From positions 61,566,001 to 61,630,000 of the forward strand of contig JBNRSN020000012.1 of NCBI GenBank assembly GCA_051313645.2: 64,000 nt of DNA. Direction: 5' to 3'. The DNA comes from Centroscyllium fabricii (Eukaryota). Under the pieces are notes generated by a model that had not been told where the DNA came from, ran no database searches, and saw only the letters and a list, made by a program, of their open reading frames with translations. Below are positions 1 to 12,012 of this stretch, piece by piece; position 1 is the first letter of the stretch, and the number at the start of each line of letters is the position of its first letter. The position numbers were made by a program, and so were the translations under genes.

Positions 1-691
1 TTTTGTTTAGTAATAATTGTGTGACCCCCACAGCAGAGTCAATGGTTGGTCAGAATCTGTGCCACTCTTGAAAAGGGAGGTGCACCACGTGAGAGGGGGG
101 GAACATGATTGACAATGGATATGAACTTGCAAGCTGAAAACTGGACTGGCTGAGGTTCAGCATTGCTGATAATGACATTTTGACCGTTTAAACCTGCATG
201 TCTGCAGCTGAGATCCCTGGGACAGCATTAATGCAGTGATTCATAAGTGCTGGTCATCACTTGAACAACCATGCATGTGGCCATGTTTGCTTAATGTCGT
301 TACTAAACAGCATGTTCCAGTTGCAACCTTTATTGTTTCTGTGTTCATTATTGCATGTGATGGATGGATGGATGTTTGGATGGGACCATGTGCATCAAAG
401 AAATGTGTGGGGCGTCAGGGGCGTGGGTGTATGCGCGAGCACAGAAAGCAGGCACTTGGCAGCCCCAGAAGCACCCTTCCCCCCCCCCACCCCACAGATG
501 TAGTTACAGTAGTGGGACTCATGCAGGTATGAGCTGTGGAACTGATTAGAGTGTGTCAGTGAGGATGCGCTGATAGGATGAGGAGAGTAGCACAAGCTGG
601 CTTGAGTAGGCTAAGAAAATCTTGCAAGGATGAGCTCCATCCTTGTTTACCGGGCAGCAACGTTCTCGCGTAATGGTGGCGCTGGCTGGGG

Positions 692-716
692 TCAAGCGGC
701 AGCAACCCCGTCCTCA

Positions 717-751
<35 letters not shown>

Positions 752-1888
752 CTCCTCCTCATCTGAGCACGGTATGCAAGGAGGCAGGTCTTGGTCAGGA
801 GGTTGCAAGCCACGGCGCTGGGCCATGTTGTGAAGTTGACAGCAAACCACTACCATTCTGGAGACCCTGGCTGCGGAGTATTGCAGGGCTCCACCTGATC
901 TCTCCAAGCATCTGAAACGCATCTTGAGCAAGCTGATGGTGTGCTCTTTCATGCTTCTGGTGGAGATGTGTGTGGAGTTGTAGTTCTCCTCAGCCTCATT
1001 GGCTGGCCTCCTGACCGGCGTCATGAGCCAAGTCCTGAGGGGATAGCCCTTGTCTCCAAGTAGCCACCCCGGAAGCTGGTCCGGCAGTGTGAAGAGCATA
1101 GGCAAGGTTGATTGGCGCAGGACAAAGGAGTCATGGCAGCTGCCAGGGTACCTGGCACACACATGCAAAATCTCCTTGTTGTGGTCACACACCAGTTGAA
1201 CATTGAGTGAATGGAAGCCCTTGCGGTTGAGAAAAGCTACTGGGTTGTCGTTGGGTGCCCTAAGGGCCACATGTGTGCAGTCAATGATGCCCTGTACCCT
1301 TGGGAAGCCTGCCAGATGAGCCATTCCAATCGCTCGGGCCCTCACACGTGCGCGATCCGTGGTAAAATGGATGAAATTGTGGGCCCGGGCAAAGAGGGCA
1401 TCGTTTACCTGGGTGATGCAGGAGTGTGCGGCCGACTGGGAGATTTCGCTGATGTCGGCTGCTGATCCCTGGAATGAGCCCGAGGGAAAGAAGTTGAGTG
1501 CGGTGGTGACTTTGAGGGCCACTGGTAAGGCATGTCTACATGGTGTTCTGGGCTCCAGCTCTTGCTGCAGCATGGCACAGATGTCTGTGACTGCCTCTCG
1601 GGAAAGTCGGAGTCGCCTTTGGCACCGCCGCTCACTCATGTTGAGGTACGTGGCTCAGACTCTGTAGACCCTGTTTGGGGGATATCTTCTGCGGCGCCGG
1701 CATTCGATGCGCCGATGCCTTCTGGCCCATGCTGCCCCCAGAGGGTCCGCGGGAGCGTTAGGCTCCTGGTGTTGCTGCTGCTGGTGAGGTGGCTCCTGGT
1801 GTGGCTGCTGCTGTTGCTGCTGTAGCCGCATCTGCTCCTGGTAGAGATCATGTAATCCCAAGAAGGGAAAGAAGAAAATGGCTCCCAT
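692..1888 (-). pseudogene. Harbinger (HARBI1-like, DDE_Tnp_4) transposase, ~398 codons, interrupted by one in-frame TGA at 1657-1655
   Basis: Motifs [61 protein letters not shown] and [12 protein letters not shown]. ORFs 1655..1993 and 692..1639 are in the same frame (..[17 protein letters not shown]..). The start at MGAIFF (1888) is inferred. Confidence 0.9.
711..761. repeat. (TCC)n microsatellite encoding the poly-Glu C-terminus of the transposase
   Basis: Seen directly in the sequence. Confidence 0.95.
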
Positions 1889-2711
1889 GGCTGTGCTGGT
1901 AGCCTCGGCTGAGGAAGCACTGACTGAGGGGGGGAAAGTGAGCGGGCTTTCCCAGGTCACACTGCAGAAGTGTTTGAGGATGCAACCTTCCACAGGTGTG
2001 CTGAAGCCTGTTGCAAGTATCCCCAGGACTGAGACAACAATGTGGTTGCGGAAGCGAATGATGGCTGATTAAATGTGAGCCTTCATTGAGTGACCGGACA
2101 CAGATACTCAGCAGTCCGAGTGAGTTCACACAAGGGTTTCACCTGACGGGGTTTAGCTTGGCGGGTTTTGTGCGTGAAACACCTGAAAATTGCTAAGGGC
2201 CCTTAAAATTGGATTACAGATGCCAATTAAGGGCCCTTAACGACCTTAACAAGCATCCCCGCCGGGCGCCGATGGGAAAGATTCGGGGCGGGGAAAAAGC
2301 CCGCCCAAAAATTCAAAACCGGCGGGGAATGGGCGGGCTTGGGCGGGAACCAAAATTTTCTAATTTTCACCTCACGCCCGCCCAAAACCCCACCTGACGG
2401 GGACATGAAAATTCCCCCGATAGTGTGGGTTTCAGGTGGCCAGCTGGCGGGATGGAAAGCCCGGTCCATTTTGAGGGCAAGGTCTGGTTAGCATGGGTTT
2501 GGCAAGCTGCAGGCTGAAGACAAGCATCTCAGGTCAGCCCGTCCAGGTTGGTTTAGTGGAGCTCCCGTTGTACCAAAAATAAATTACAATTTTCCTGCTG
2601 GGCAGCACTGAGGCTGGAGCCGGTACCGGCTGATACTTTGCGGTCTGTGCAAGGCAAAATGTTTTACCCAGAACCGTCCTAAAATCGTTTTTGGGGTCCT
2701 ATGTTCATCAT

Positions 2712-3181
2712 ATCCTGGAATGAAGGGGTTGACTTATGATGAAAGGTTGAGCAGGTTGGGCCTAAATCATTGGAGCTTAGAAAAATGAGAGGTGATTTTG
2801 TTGAAACATATGAGATTCTGAGGGGGATTGACAGGGTGGATGCTGAGTGGATGTTTCCCCTAGTGGGGGTATCTAGAACTAGGGGGCATCGTTTCAGAAT
2901 AAGGGGTCGCCCATTTAAAACAGAGATGAGGTGGAATTTCTTCTCTGAGGGTTGTGAATCTTTGGAATTCTCTACCCCAGAGAGCTGTGGAGGCGGAGTC
3001 AGTGAATATATTCATAGCGGAGATTGACAGACATTTGAACTACAGGGGAGTCAAGGGGTATGGGGAGAGAGCGGGAAAGTGGTGTTGAGGCCAAGATTTG
3101 ATCAGCCATGATCTTAGTGACTGGCGGAGCAGGCTCGAGGGGCCGATTGGCCGACTCCTGCTTCTTATGTTCTTATGTTCA
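2712..3181 (+). mobile_element. CR1 (HER1-like) LINE 3' fragment
   Basis: ORF2 C-terminal MRGDFVETYEILRGIDRVD..MFP..SRTRGH; 3' UTR GATCAGCCATGATC..GGCC; (TTCTTATG)n tail. Confidence 0.9.
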
Positions 3182-3358
3182 TATTTGCATATTAAAAGGA
3201 CCCACCGCCTGACTCGGGCAGGTGCTCCAGCTGCCCAGCGTTGGGAAAGATGGAGACAGTTGCACCATTGGCGGGAATGATTACGGAAGTCATACCCCAT
3301 AACGTTAGGAGCGATACTTCCCTGTTTATGCTGGACGGAAGGCCTCAAAATCTTCCCC
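3182..3358. mobile_element. Remnant end of an older Harbinger-type MITE, possibly continuous with 2419-2700 before the CR1 insertion
   Basis: Ends in AAAATCTTCCCC, similar to the other termini in this window. Confidence 0.35.
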
Positions 3359-3993
3359 ACTATTTCAGAAAATGTTTCTTTTTACAACAAATCACCTCCT
3401 AGCCACTGTCAGGATCAAAAGAAGTCACAACAAATCACAGACACTGTAACCAGTAGCAACCTGTAACTTGGGGGCTAATACCAAGAAAAGCGGTTTAACA
3501 TTAAATACCAACGTGGGTGTAATTACAGTCTGAACAAGCCCCAAGGAGAGATAATAAAACACAGCAAAAGAATTATAACAATAAATTTGATGTGTGAGAT
3601 TTTACTTTTTGCTTTTGTTTTCAAAACATCCATTGCTCTTTGCTGACAGTTTCAATCAGATTGGTTAGTGTTTACAGGGTGCTGGCTTCCCACATTTACA
3701 ATACTGAAATGAGTGACATTAACCCAATGAACCCATATTATTCTGAATCAACAATACCATGGATTCGCCAGCTGGTTTTTACACTGTGGAGAGTGCAGCC
3801 AACAGAGTGCAAACTAGTCATCTTGCTTTGGCTATGGTCCTGTAGGGAGAAAGTGTCTTAGACTAACAGCAAGTAGAATAAGTTTAAAAATATTGCACGG
3901 AGAATTACCACATTATTAAGAGTACATTAGTTGAATTAGATATAGGACATAATGCAATTACATATTTCATGATATCCCTGCAAGGCTTCACTG

Positions 3994-5120
3994 CAACAAC
4001 AACAGCAACCTGTATTTATATAGCGACTTTAACGTAGTGAAGCATCCCAAGGCACTTCACAGGAGCGTTCTCAAACCATATTTGATACCGAGTCACATAA
4101 AGAGATATTAGGGCAGATGACCAAAAGCTTGGTTAAAGAGCTAGGTTTTCAGTAATGTCGTAAAGGAGCAAAGAGAGGTGGAGATGTTTAGGGAGGGAAT
4201 CTAAGAGCTTAAGGGATTGGCAGCTGAAGGCACAGCCACCAATGTTGGAGCAATTAAAATAGGGGATGCTCAAGAGGCCAGAATTGGAGGAGCACAGATA
4301 TCTGAGGGTTATAGGGCTGGAGGAAGTTACAGAGATAGGGAGGGGCGAGGCCATAGAGGGATTTGAAAACAAGGATGAGAATTTTAAAATCGAGGTGTTG
4401 CTTAACCGGGAGCAATGTAGGTCAGCGAGCACAGGGGTGTTGGGCGAACAGGACTTGGTGCGAGTTAAGACATGGGCAGCAGAGTTTTGGATGACCTCGA
4501 GTTTTCAGAAGGTAGAATGTGGGAGGCCAGCCAGGAGAGCATTGGAATAGTCAAGTCTAGAGGTAACAAAGACATGGCTGAGGGTTTCAACAGCAGATGA
4601 GCTGAGGCAGGGCAGAATTGGGCGATGTTACGGAGGTGGAAATGGGCAGTCTTAGTAATGGTTTGTTATGTGGTTGGATGCTCATCTTGAGGTCAAATAT
4701 GACACCAAAGTTGCGAACAATCTGGTTCAGTCTTGGACAGTTGCCAGGGAGAGAGATGGAGTCGGTGGCTAGGAAACGGAGTTTGTGGTGGGGACTGAAG
4801 CCAATGGCTTTGGTCTTCCCAATATTTAGTTGGAGGAAATTTATTCTTATCCAGTAGTGAATGTCGGACAAGCAGTGTGACAATTTAGAGACCGTGAAGT
4901 TGTCGAGAGAAAAGGTGGTGAGATAGAGCTGAGTGTCGTCAGCATTCACGTGGAAACTGACGCTGTGTTTTCGGATGATGTCGCCAAGAGGCAGCATGTA
5001 GATTCGAAACAGAAGGGGGCCCAAGGATAGATCCTTGGGGATACCAGAGGTAACGGTGCAGGAGCGGGAAGAGAAATCATTGCAGGTGATTCTCTGGCTA
5101 TGACTGGATAGATAAGAATG
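3994..5120 (-). mobile_element. L2 LINE 3' fragment (degenerate RT and 3' UTR)
   Basis: VTSGIP..LGPLLFRIYMLPLGDIIRKHSVSFH..ADDTQLY and NFLQLNIGKT; minus-strand tail CGCTATATAAATACAGGTTG..(GTT)n. Confidence 0.9.
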
Positions 5121-5228
5121 CAAATTAAATGAAATTAGTTTGTATGGATTCCAAAAAACAATTAACCTCCTCGATTTTGTCACTGCCATGTGTGAAAAAA
5201 AGCTATGGGATAATAAGGCCATTTAGAC

Positions 5229-5875
5229 CAGGGTTTCTCAACCTTTTTGCTTCTGAAGCCCCCGTCCGGTGTTGTAAAAAATCCATGGATCGCCGTAACA
5301 CGACATGTATTTTTTCTGTATAAAATTAGTTGTACAACTAAACATATATATTTATTATTATTTTTGTTTTACTTACTTAATTATCATGAAGTTGAGACCG
5401 AGGTTGGTAGAGTTCTATTTAAGTTAGTAGACTATCACTGAGGTTGATAGTTATACTGAAGTTAATACACGGTAACGAAGGTTGGTAAAGTGTCACTGGA
5501 ACCGATGGAGTGCTGATGAGACCGATGGTGTTGAGGGCCATACCAGCTTACGCTTCTCCCCTTGTCGGTTACTAACGAGCTGAGTGGAACACACCCGCTG
5601 AGACTGGATGCCATCTCTTTGGCAACACTGTGGACCAATGACCATGAGCCTCTGGGGCCAAATGGCGGTTTCCGGCTCCTCACGATCTGTGTGGGGCCGG
5701 GGACTAAAGTGTTTCTGTGCTGGTGTTGATCGGTGACTTGTGGAAGGGAGGTGAAACTTTGAGCCCTGGATACTGTTAACATTCGGGGATCGCCATTACA
5801 TCAACTTTAAATTGTCTGCACATTGGAGACAGGGAGCCACTGGCGGACCCCTTCAAACCTTCCCGTGCACCCTTG
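5229..5875. mobile_element. hAT/Charlie-like non-autonomous element; right end not clearly preserved
   Basis: Starts CAGGGTTTCTCAACCTTTT, a typical Charlie/MER5-like terminus. GCGGACCCC motif near 5843. Confidence 0.5.
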
Positions 5876-6019
5876 CTTTAGACAGTTCTGTGCTCCTTCA
5901 CCCAGCACCCAAAACGGTGCTGCAGCTTCCAAACTGCAGCAGCTCGATATGCCACCAGCTGGAAAATAGAATGGCCAATCAGAAATTAGCTGGCAGTTTC
6001 AATTCTCAGCAAAATACTT

Positions 6020-6916
6020 GGGGAGTAAATTTTCCCTCAGGTGTGAGGAATTGGCGGCTTTCCGGCGGGTCAGGTTTCCCACACGAATGCTAAAGGGCCT
6101 GGGAACCCCACATAATTTTGGCTCAATTGGCCAATTAATTCCCCACGTGTGGGAACCCTTGCCACTTGACTATTTTTAATGTGAAAGCCGGCGGGGTGCC
6201 GGCTGCTTAAAGACGAGAGCCCTGTTACAAAGCCTAGTAAACCGCAGCCCTTGACTGACAGCTGCAGGCCTGTTTCAATGGCTAGTAAACCGCAGCCCTT
6301 GACTGACAGCTGCAGGTCAGTTACAATGGCGAGTAAACCACAGCCCTTGACTGACAGCTGCAGGTCTGTTTCAATGGGAACTGCTGCATTACAACCATTC
6401 CATTGACAGCTAGTGGAGATCTATCTGTCAAACATTAAAAATGAGCTGTAAGGTGCGTTTTTGAAAGCTTTTGTCTCACTGATATTGTACACCCTGGGGA
6501 TACAGTTAGCCCTCCTGCAGGCTGCTGCCCAGGGATGACTTCTGCTACAACTATTTGCATGTCATCCTTTGACTTGCAGCTGTTTGCCAGCAAGCCGATT
6601 GTGTCCCCGCCAGGTTTCACCAGCGGGGTTTCAAGCTGGCGGGTTATGGGTGGGGAACACCGGAAAAAAGCAAGGGCACCTTAAAATGCCATTACACATG
6701 CCAATTAAGGGTCCTTAAGGAGCTTAACGACCATTCCTGCCGGGCGCGGGCGGGAAATATTCGGTGCGGGCAGACACGGCGGTGAGAAATCGCAAAGCGG
6801 CAGGGATCCGGCGGGGGGGGGGGGGGTGGAGGAAGGGTTTGGGACCCCCCAGCTTTGCTATTTTGTGCCCCGCCCCACCGGAAAACCCACCTCACTGCCC
6901 GAGGAAAATTGACCTC
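6020..6916. mobile_element. Non-autonomous Harbinger element (MITE)
   Basis: Imperfect TIRs GGGAGTAAATTTTCCCTC and GAGGAAAATTGACCTC. 6612-6916 is colinear with 2130-2418 (e.g. ATGCCAATTAAGGG.CCTTAA). Confidence 0.8.
6221..6377. repeat. 48-bp tandem repeat, ~3.3 copies
   Basis: Unit ~CCTGTTTCAATGGCTAGTAAACCGCAGCCCTTGACTGACAGCTGCAGG, with no spacers. Confidence 0.95.
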
Positions 6917-7714
6917 GTTATGTCTGTGACACAACACCGGAGCAAAATGAAGTTTAGAAGCCGACAGGAACAAACTCATTTCACAGTTATATGAATTGTT
7001 TATTTCAGTCAAATAGTTAAAAAAATATAAAGATGCCATTTTCAGAATACAGCAACATTATCTTCTCCAGAAGAATGAAATTATTCACAAATCATAATTT
7101 TAAAGAAAAAAGTGATTAAAATGTCTAAAATTCGCTGAATCCCATGGGACTGCAAGAATGCATTAATAGCCTTCAAAGGTGGCAAGAAATATTTACTTAA
7201 GTACTCAAATGACTAAAGCACACAGAAGAGGCTCAGTTCCACTGAAGAACGATTTTGCATGGTTGGAGGAAACCAACTCAAAGCATTTCAACTTAGTCCC
7301 TGAAGAGGAAATCTTAGTCTCAGAGTCCCAACAGACTGGTAAGTATAATTTTTGTCTCTCGTAAATAATCAACCAGGTACAATAACTATAATTGAAAACA
7401 GTGGGCATAATGCATATGGTAAGAAGTATAATAATAACAGATTGAAAAGTAATGAGAAAATAAGTAAATCACTGATGAGAAAAGGCCACTTAGCCTATTA
7501 AAGTTCTTCCTTACACTAACTAACTCTTCCCTTATGGCATCTAATTTTATATTAATAGGAAAATGTATTGCACTTTTCAGAATGTAATTTTTAAATATTC
7601 AAGAGCTCCGTGAAATAAATTCTATCCTTTTTGTCTCCACAGAGAAGCTATTTTTGTCTAGCTCCATTGCATTCATCCAGAAAGTCATACCCAAAGTTCA
7701 GGACAGAAACAAGT

Positions 7715-7974
7715 CCCTCCAGGAGACGCTACAGATCAATTCGCACCCGCACGACTAGATTTAAGGACAGCTTCTTCCCCAGTGCTGTCAGCCTCCTGAA
7801 CTCTAAAAATAAACTCCGGTACCTGCACACCTGAAAATGTACTTTACTGTATGCAATTTGCATGTAATTTATTTGCACTACTCTCGGGAGCGTCGAGTCT
7901 TCGTCTCGTTGTATTGTACTAGTACTCTGCAATGACAATAAAACTTGAATTGAATTGAATTGAATTGAATTGAA
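7715..7974 (+). mobile_element. Rex1/Babar LINE 3' end
   Basis: Encodes PSRRRYRSIRTRTTRFKDSFFPSAVSLLN. Tail TCGTTGTA..AATGACAATAAA followed by (TTGAA)n. Confidence 0.85.
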
Positions 7975-8434
7975 GTCACAGGAAGTTTCTGAAATCCACT
8001 GGTGAGAAGTCAACAGCCATTGCACAGTTGTTAATCCGGAAGGGTGTACATAATATGCTACCCGATGGCTGGAGCTGTGTTACCTGTCACCAGATCCACC
8101 CAGGATCTTCTCTCAGGTAACACAAACATGCAGGAGGGTCCAACACAGAACTTAAGGTAGCATATCAGCTGCAGAAGGCAACTGCTGACTTTTGGATCAC
8201 AACTTCTCCCCTCACAATATCTCGGAGCCTTGTAGAGGAGGAATGCCTGCTTCAGCAGGCCACTGACAATCTCTCTGTCAGTGTGCAATCTGATAACACT
8301 CAGATGCACACTGACATGGTGAGACCAAACTGTATTATGCAATTGGAGTAGCAACAGTTTGTTCGAATAGACTGGTTGTTGTGTAGCAGTCTGGTGTGAA
8401 ACTAGCCATGCCCCTTTGTATTGCACTAGGATAT

Positions 8435-8713
8435 TGACGTATCGTCAATAAGACTAAAAGACGAAGAGTTACCTTAACTAAAGGCTTTTATTCACTAATG
8501 AATGGAGCGTGTCTCGGCTGAGCTCCGGGCAGTACTGACTGGGGGATGGTAAGCAGCCACCTATATACCTAGACCCAGAGGAGGAGTCAGAGGCGGGGTC
8601 AGCCGAGGCAAGCTCCTGCAATCAGGTATTTACAGGTATGTACAGCGTTAACAGCAAGGTAGTTACAGGTACATTACGGTACCATGACAGTGGTATAACA
8701 CCGGTTTACCACA
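8435..8713 (-). mobile_element. Solo LTR, 279 bp, probably Gypsy
   Basis: TG...CA termini; perfect 5-bp TSD GATAT (8430-8434 and 8714-8718); minus-strand TATATA followed by AATAAA. Confidence 0.85.
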
Positions 8714-8974
8714 GATATATCCATTGAAAGCTCTCAGTTTTCTGAAGGCATTTCTTCTGAGGTTAGTATCTACCTTCCTGTAGCTGAGATGGCTCCCTCC
8801 AATCCAAAATACCACACTGGGATGTATCTTTCAATGGACAGTCCTTCCAAAGCTCAACTGTCCGTTTCTGAAATCAGTAAATAAAAATAATCAAATATTA
8901 GTCCTGTAGTCATGTATGTACAACAGAAATTGATTTTACAATATTATTGTTTTTACTTCACTGTTCATCTTTGC

Positions 8975-9371
8975 GGCACAGTGGCATAGTGGTTAGCACT
9001 GTTGCCTCACAGCGCTAGGGGACCGGGTTCAAATCCAGCCTCGGGTACTATCTGTGTGGAGTTTGCACATTCTCCCCGTGTCTGCGTGGGTTTCCTCCGG
9101 GTGCTCCGGTTTCCTCCCACAGTCCAAAGATGTGCGGGTTAGGTTGATTGGCCATGATAAATTGACCCTTAGTGTGAGGGGGATTTAATATGTGGGGTTA
9201 CGGGGATAGGGTGGGATATGTGTCGGTGCAGGCCCGATAGGGATCAAGAGATATGGGGAGAAGGCAGGGACAGGGTGCTGGGTTTGGATGATCAGCCATG
9301 ATCTCATTGAATGGCGGAGCAAGCTCGAAGGGCCGAATGGCCTACTCCTGCTCCTATCTTCTATGTTTCTA
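8975..9371 (+). mobile_element. tRNA-derived V-SINE (HE1-like) with CR1/HER1 tail
   Basis: A and B boxes (TGGCATAGTGG, GGTTCAAATCC); V-domain GGGTTTCCTCCGGGTGCTCCGGTTTCCTCCCAC; tail matches the local CR1 tails. Confidence 0.9.
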
Positions 9372-10991
9372 ATGTGTGTGCTAAATTAGTACAGTATTGC
9401 AGACATTGTAGTTACAATTTTTGTGTATATGATTTAGTCATTTAAGGCTACTATTTTAGACAATTAATTAGACATTACATTTATGCTCAATATTGATATT
9501 TTGCAGCCTGTAATATTTTCTTGCTGTTAAAGTAAAAGCCAATTATTTTTCTCATTTATGCGTTCAGTGTCATCTTTGCCCACTCAACACAGATCTTTCA
9601 GCCCCATTTTATAATTAGAGTTGATTCTTCAATATGTTGTCTGTTCACCATCCTGGATGTAACCAGATTGTTCAGTCACATGTGACATTCCTTTGCTTTC
9701 CAGGTCCTCTTCTCATGCATATATTAATGTTGAGGGTGTTTTGGCTTGTGCCAGTTCAAACCGTGCTATTAGGCATATTTAACATGTTAGTATCAATACA
9801 ATATTTGAAAAATTGCACTCAAGTTAATATGTTTTAATGTTGTACCAATTTATTTTTTGATGCTCTTAATTAATCATCAAACCCATTCCTTCCGCAGAGT
9901 TTCTATACTTTGCCCTCAAGATATTTAACCCATTTATTAATCTCTTAATGAATAACCAGATGTACAACTTTGAAAAAGATAGAACTGTGAAATTTCTCAC
10001 TAACCCAAATCTTAAGTGACTCAGAGATATCGAACATTACAACCTTCAGTCAATTGACCAGTTACATTCCACAATTGACTGTTTAATTGCCCCAGCAGCA
10101 TACAGCTATCATGTCCTGTCAAGTACTTAATCATCTCAGTTTGTTCTTATCCTTATAATTTTTTATCCAATTCTTAACCTGATATTTAACCAGCTCTTTT
10201 TTTGAAGAGCCTAATTTTTCCATGGGGAATAACATTCTAATTTCTAATTTTACTTGGGGAGTGTTAAGAAGGAAAGGCTAGGAGGAATGCTTTCATATCT
10301 TTAAAAACTCTATATATAAAACAGTATTTACTACCTTCTATAGCATATTTTAATTGTTACCAATCACTTTAGTTCCCATGGAGACCCACCATTACATAAG
10401 ATCATAAGAATTAGGAGCAGGAGTAGGCCATACAGCCCCTCGAGCCTGCTCCGCCATTCAATAACATCATGGCTGATCTTCGACCTCAATTGCACTTTCC
10501 CGCTGAATTACCATATCCTTTGATTCCCCTAGAGTCCAAAAGTCTGTCTATCTCAGCCTCGCATATACTCAACAAGTCAGCATCCACAGCCCTTTGGGAT
10601 AGAGAATTCCAAAGATCCACGACCCTCTGAGTGAAGAAGTTCCTCCTCATCTCAGTCTTAAATGACCGACCCCTTATCCTGAGACTGTGCCCCCTAATCC
10701 TAAAACTTTCCAGACAGATGAAACAACCTCTCAGCATTTACCCTGTCAATCCCCATCAGAATCTTATATGTTTCAATGAGATCACCTTTTATTCTTCTAA
10801 ACTCCAGAGAGTATAGGCCCAATCTACTCAATCTCTCCTCATAGGACAACCCTCTCATCCTAGGGATCAATCTAGTGAACCTGCACTGCACCGCCTCTAA
10901 GGCATGTATGTCCTTCCTTGGATAAGGAGAGCAAAACTGTGCACAGTACTCCTGGTGGAGTCTCATCTGTACAAAGCCCTGTACAATTGTA

Positions 10992-11090
10992 AGAAGTCAC
11001 ACAACACCAGATTATAGTCCAACGGTTTTATTTTAAATCACAAGCTTTCGGAGCGTTCTGCCCCTTCGTCAGGTGAACAAAGAGACAATA
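10992..11090 (-). mobile_element. Short Penelope-like (pLTR-derived) insert within the CR1
   Basis: Flanked by the 13-bp direct repeat CTGTACAATTGTA (10979-10991 and 11091-11103). Contains a hammerhead core. Confidence 0.75.
11038..11076 (-). ncRNA. Minimal type I hammerhead ribozyme motif
   Basis: Minus strand reads UCAC-CUGACGA-A-GGGGC-AGAAC-GCUCC-GAAA-GC-UU-GUGA: stem I UCAC/GUGA, stem II GGGGC/GCUCC, palindromic AGCU stem III. Confidence 0.7.
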
Positions 11091-12012
11091 CTGTACAATT
11101 GTAGTAAGACTTCCTTATTCTTGTACTCCATCCCCCTTGCAATAAAGGCCAACATGCCATTTTCCTTCCTAATGGCTTGCTGCTGTACCTGCATGCTAAC
11201 CTTCTGTGTTTCCTGTACAAGGACATCTAAATCTCTCTAGACACCAACATTTAATAGATTCTCACCATATAAAACATATTCTGGTTTTCTATTCTTCCAA
11301 TCAAAGTGAATAACCTCACATTTCCTCATATTATACTCCATCTGCCATTTTATTGCCCACTCACTTAACCGGTTTATATATCCTTTGTTGGCTCTTTGAG
11401 TCTTCCTCACAGCTTACTTTCCCACCTAACTTTGTATCATCAGCAAACTTGGATACATTACACTCAGTCCCTTCATCCAAATCATCAATATAGAGTGTAA
11501 ATAGCTGAGGCCCAACCACTGATCCTTGCGGCACCCCACTAATCACAGCCTGCCAACCAGAAAATGAACCACTTATCCCTACTCTCTGTTTTCTGTCCAT
11601 TAACTAATCCTCTATCCATGCTGATATATTACCCACAACCCCATGAGCCCTAATCTTACTTAGAGCAACCTTTTATGTGGCACCTTATTGATGCCTTTTG
11701 GAAATCCAAATATACTACATCTACTGGTTCCCCTTTATCTTCCCTGTTAGTTACATCCTCAAAAAACTCTAATAAATTTGTTAAACACGATTTTCTTTTC
11801 ATAAAACCATGTTGACTTTGCTTATTCATATTATGATTTTTTAAGTGCCTTGCTACCAGTTCCTTAATAATGGATTCCAGCATTTTCCCAATGACTGATG
11901 TCAGGCTAACTGGTCTGTAGTTCCCTGTTTTCTCTCTCCCTCCTTTCTTGAATAGCGGGGTTACTCTTACTACCTTCCAATTTGCTGGGGCCATTCGGGA
12001 ATCTAGGGAATT

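Larger units (their letters stand above)
1..2418 (-). mobile_element. PIF/Harbinger DNA transposon, autonomous type; the other end probably lies left of the window
   Basis: Contains a Harbinger transposase. The GC-rich subterminal region 2130-2418 ends in GAAAATTCCCCC and resembles the right end of the MITE at 6612-6916. Confidence 0.8.

Noticed and set aside
6221-6377. CRISPR-like array
   Set aside because: Head-to-tail units with no unique spacers, inside a eukaryotic MITE.
8975-9045. tRNA gene
   Set aside because: It is the tRNA-derived head of a V-SINE; the same applies to the copy at ~19.8 kb.
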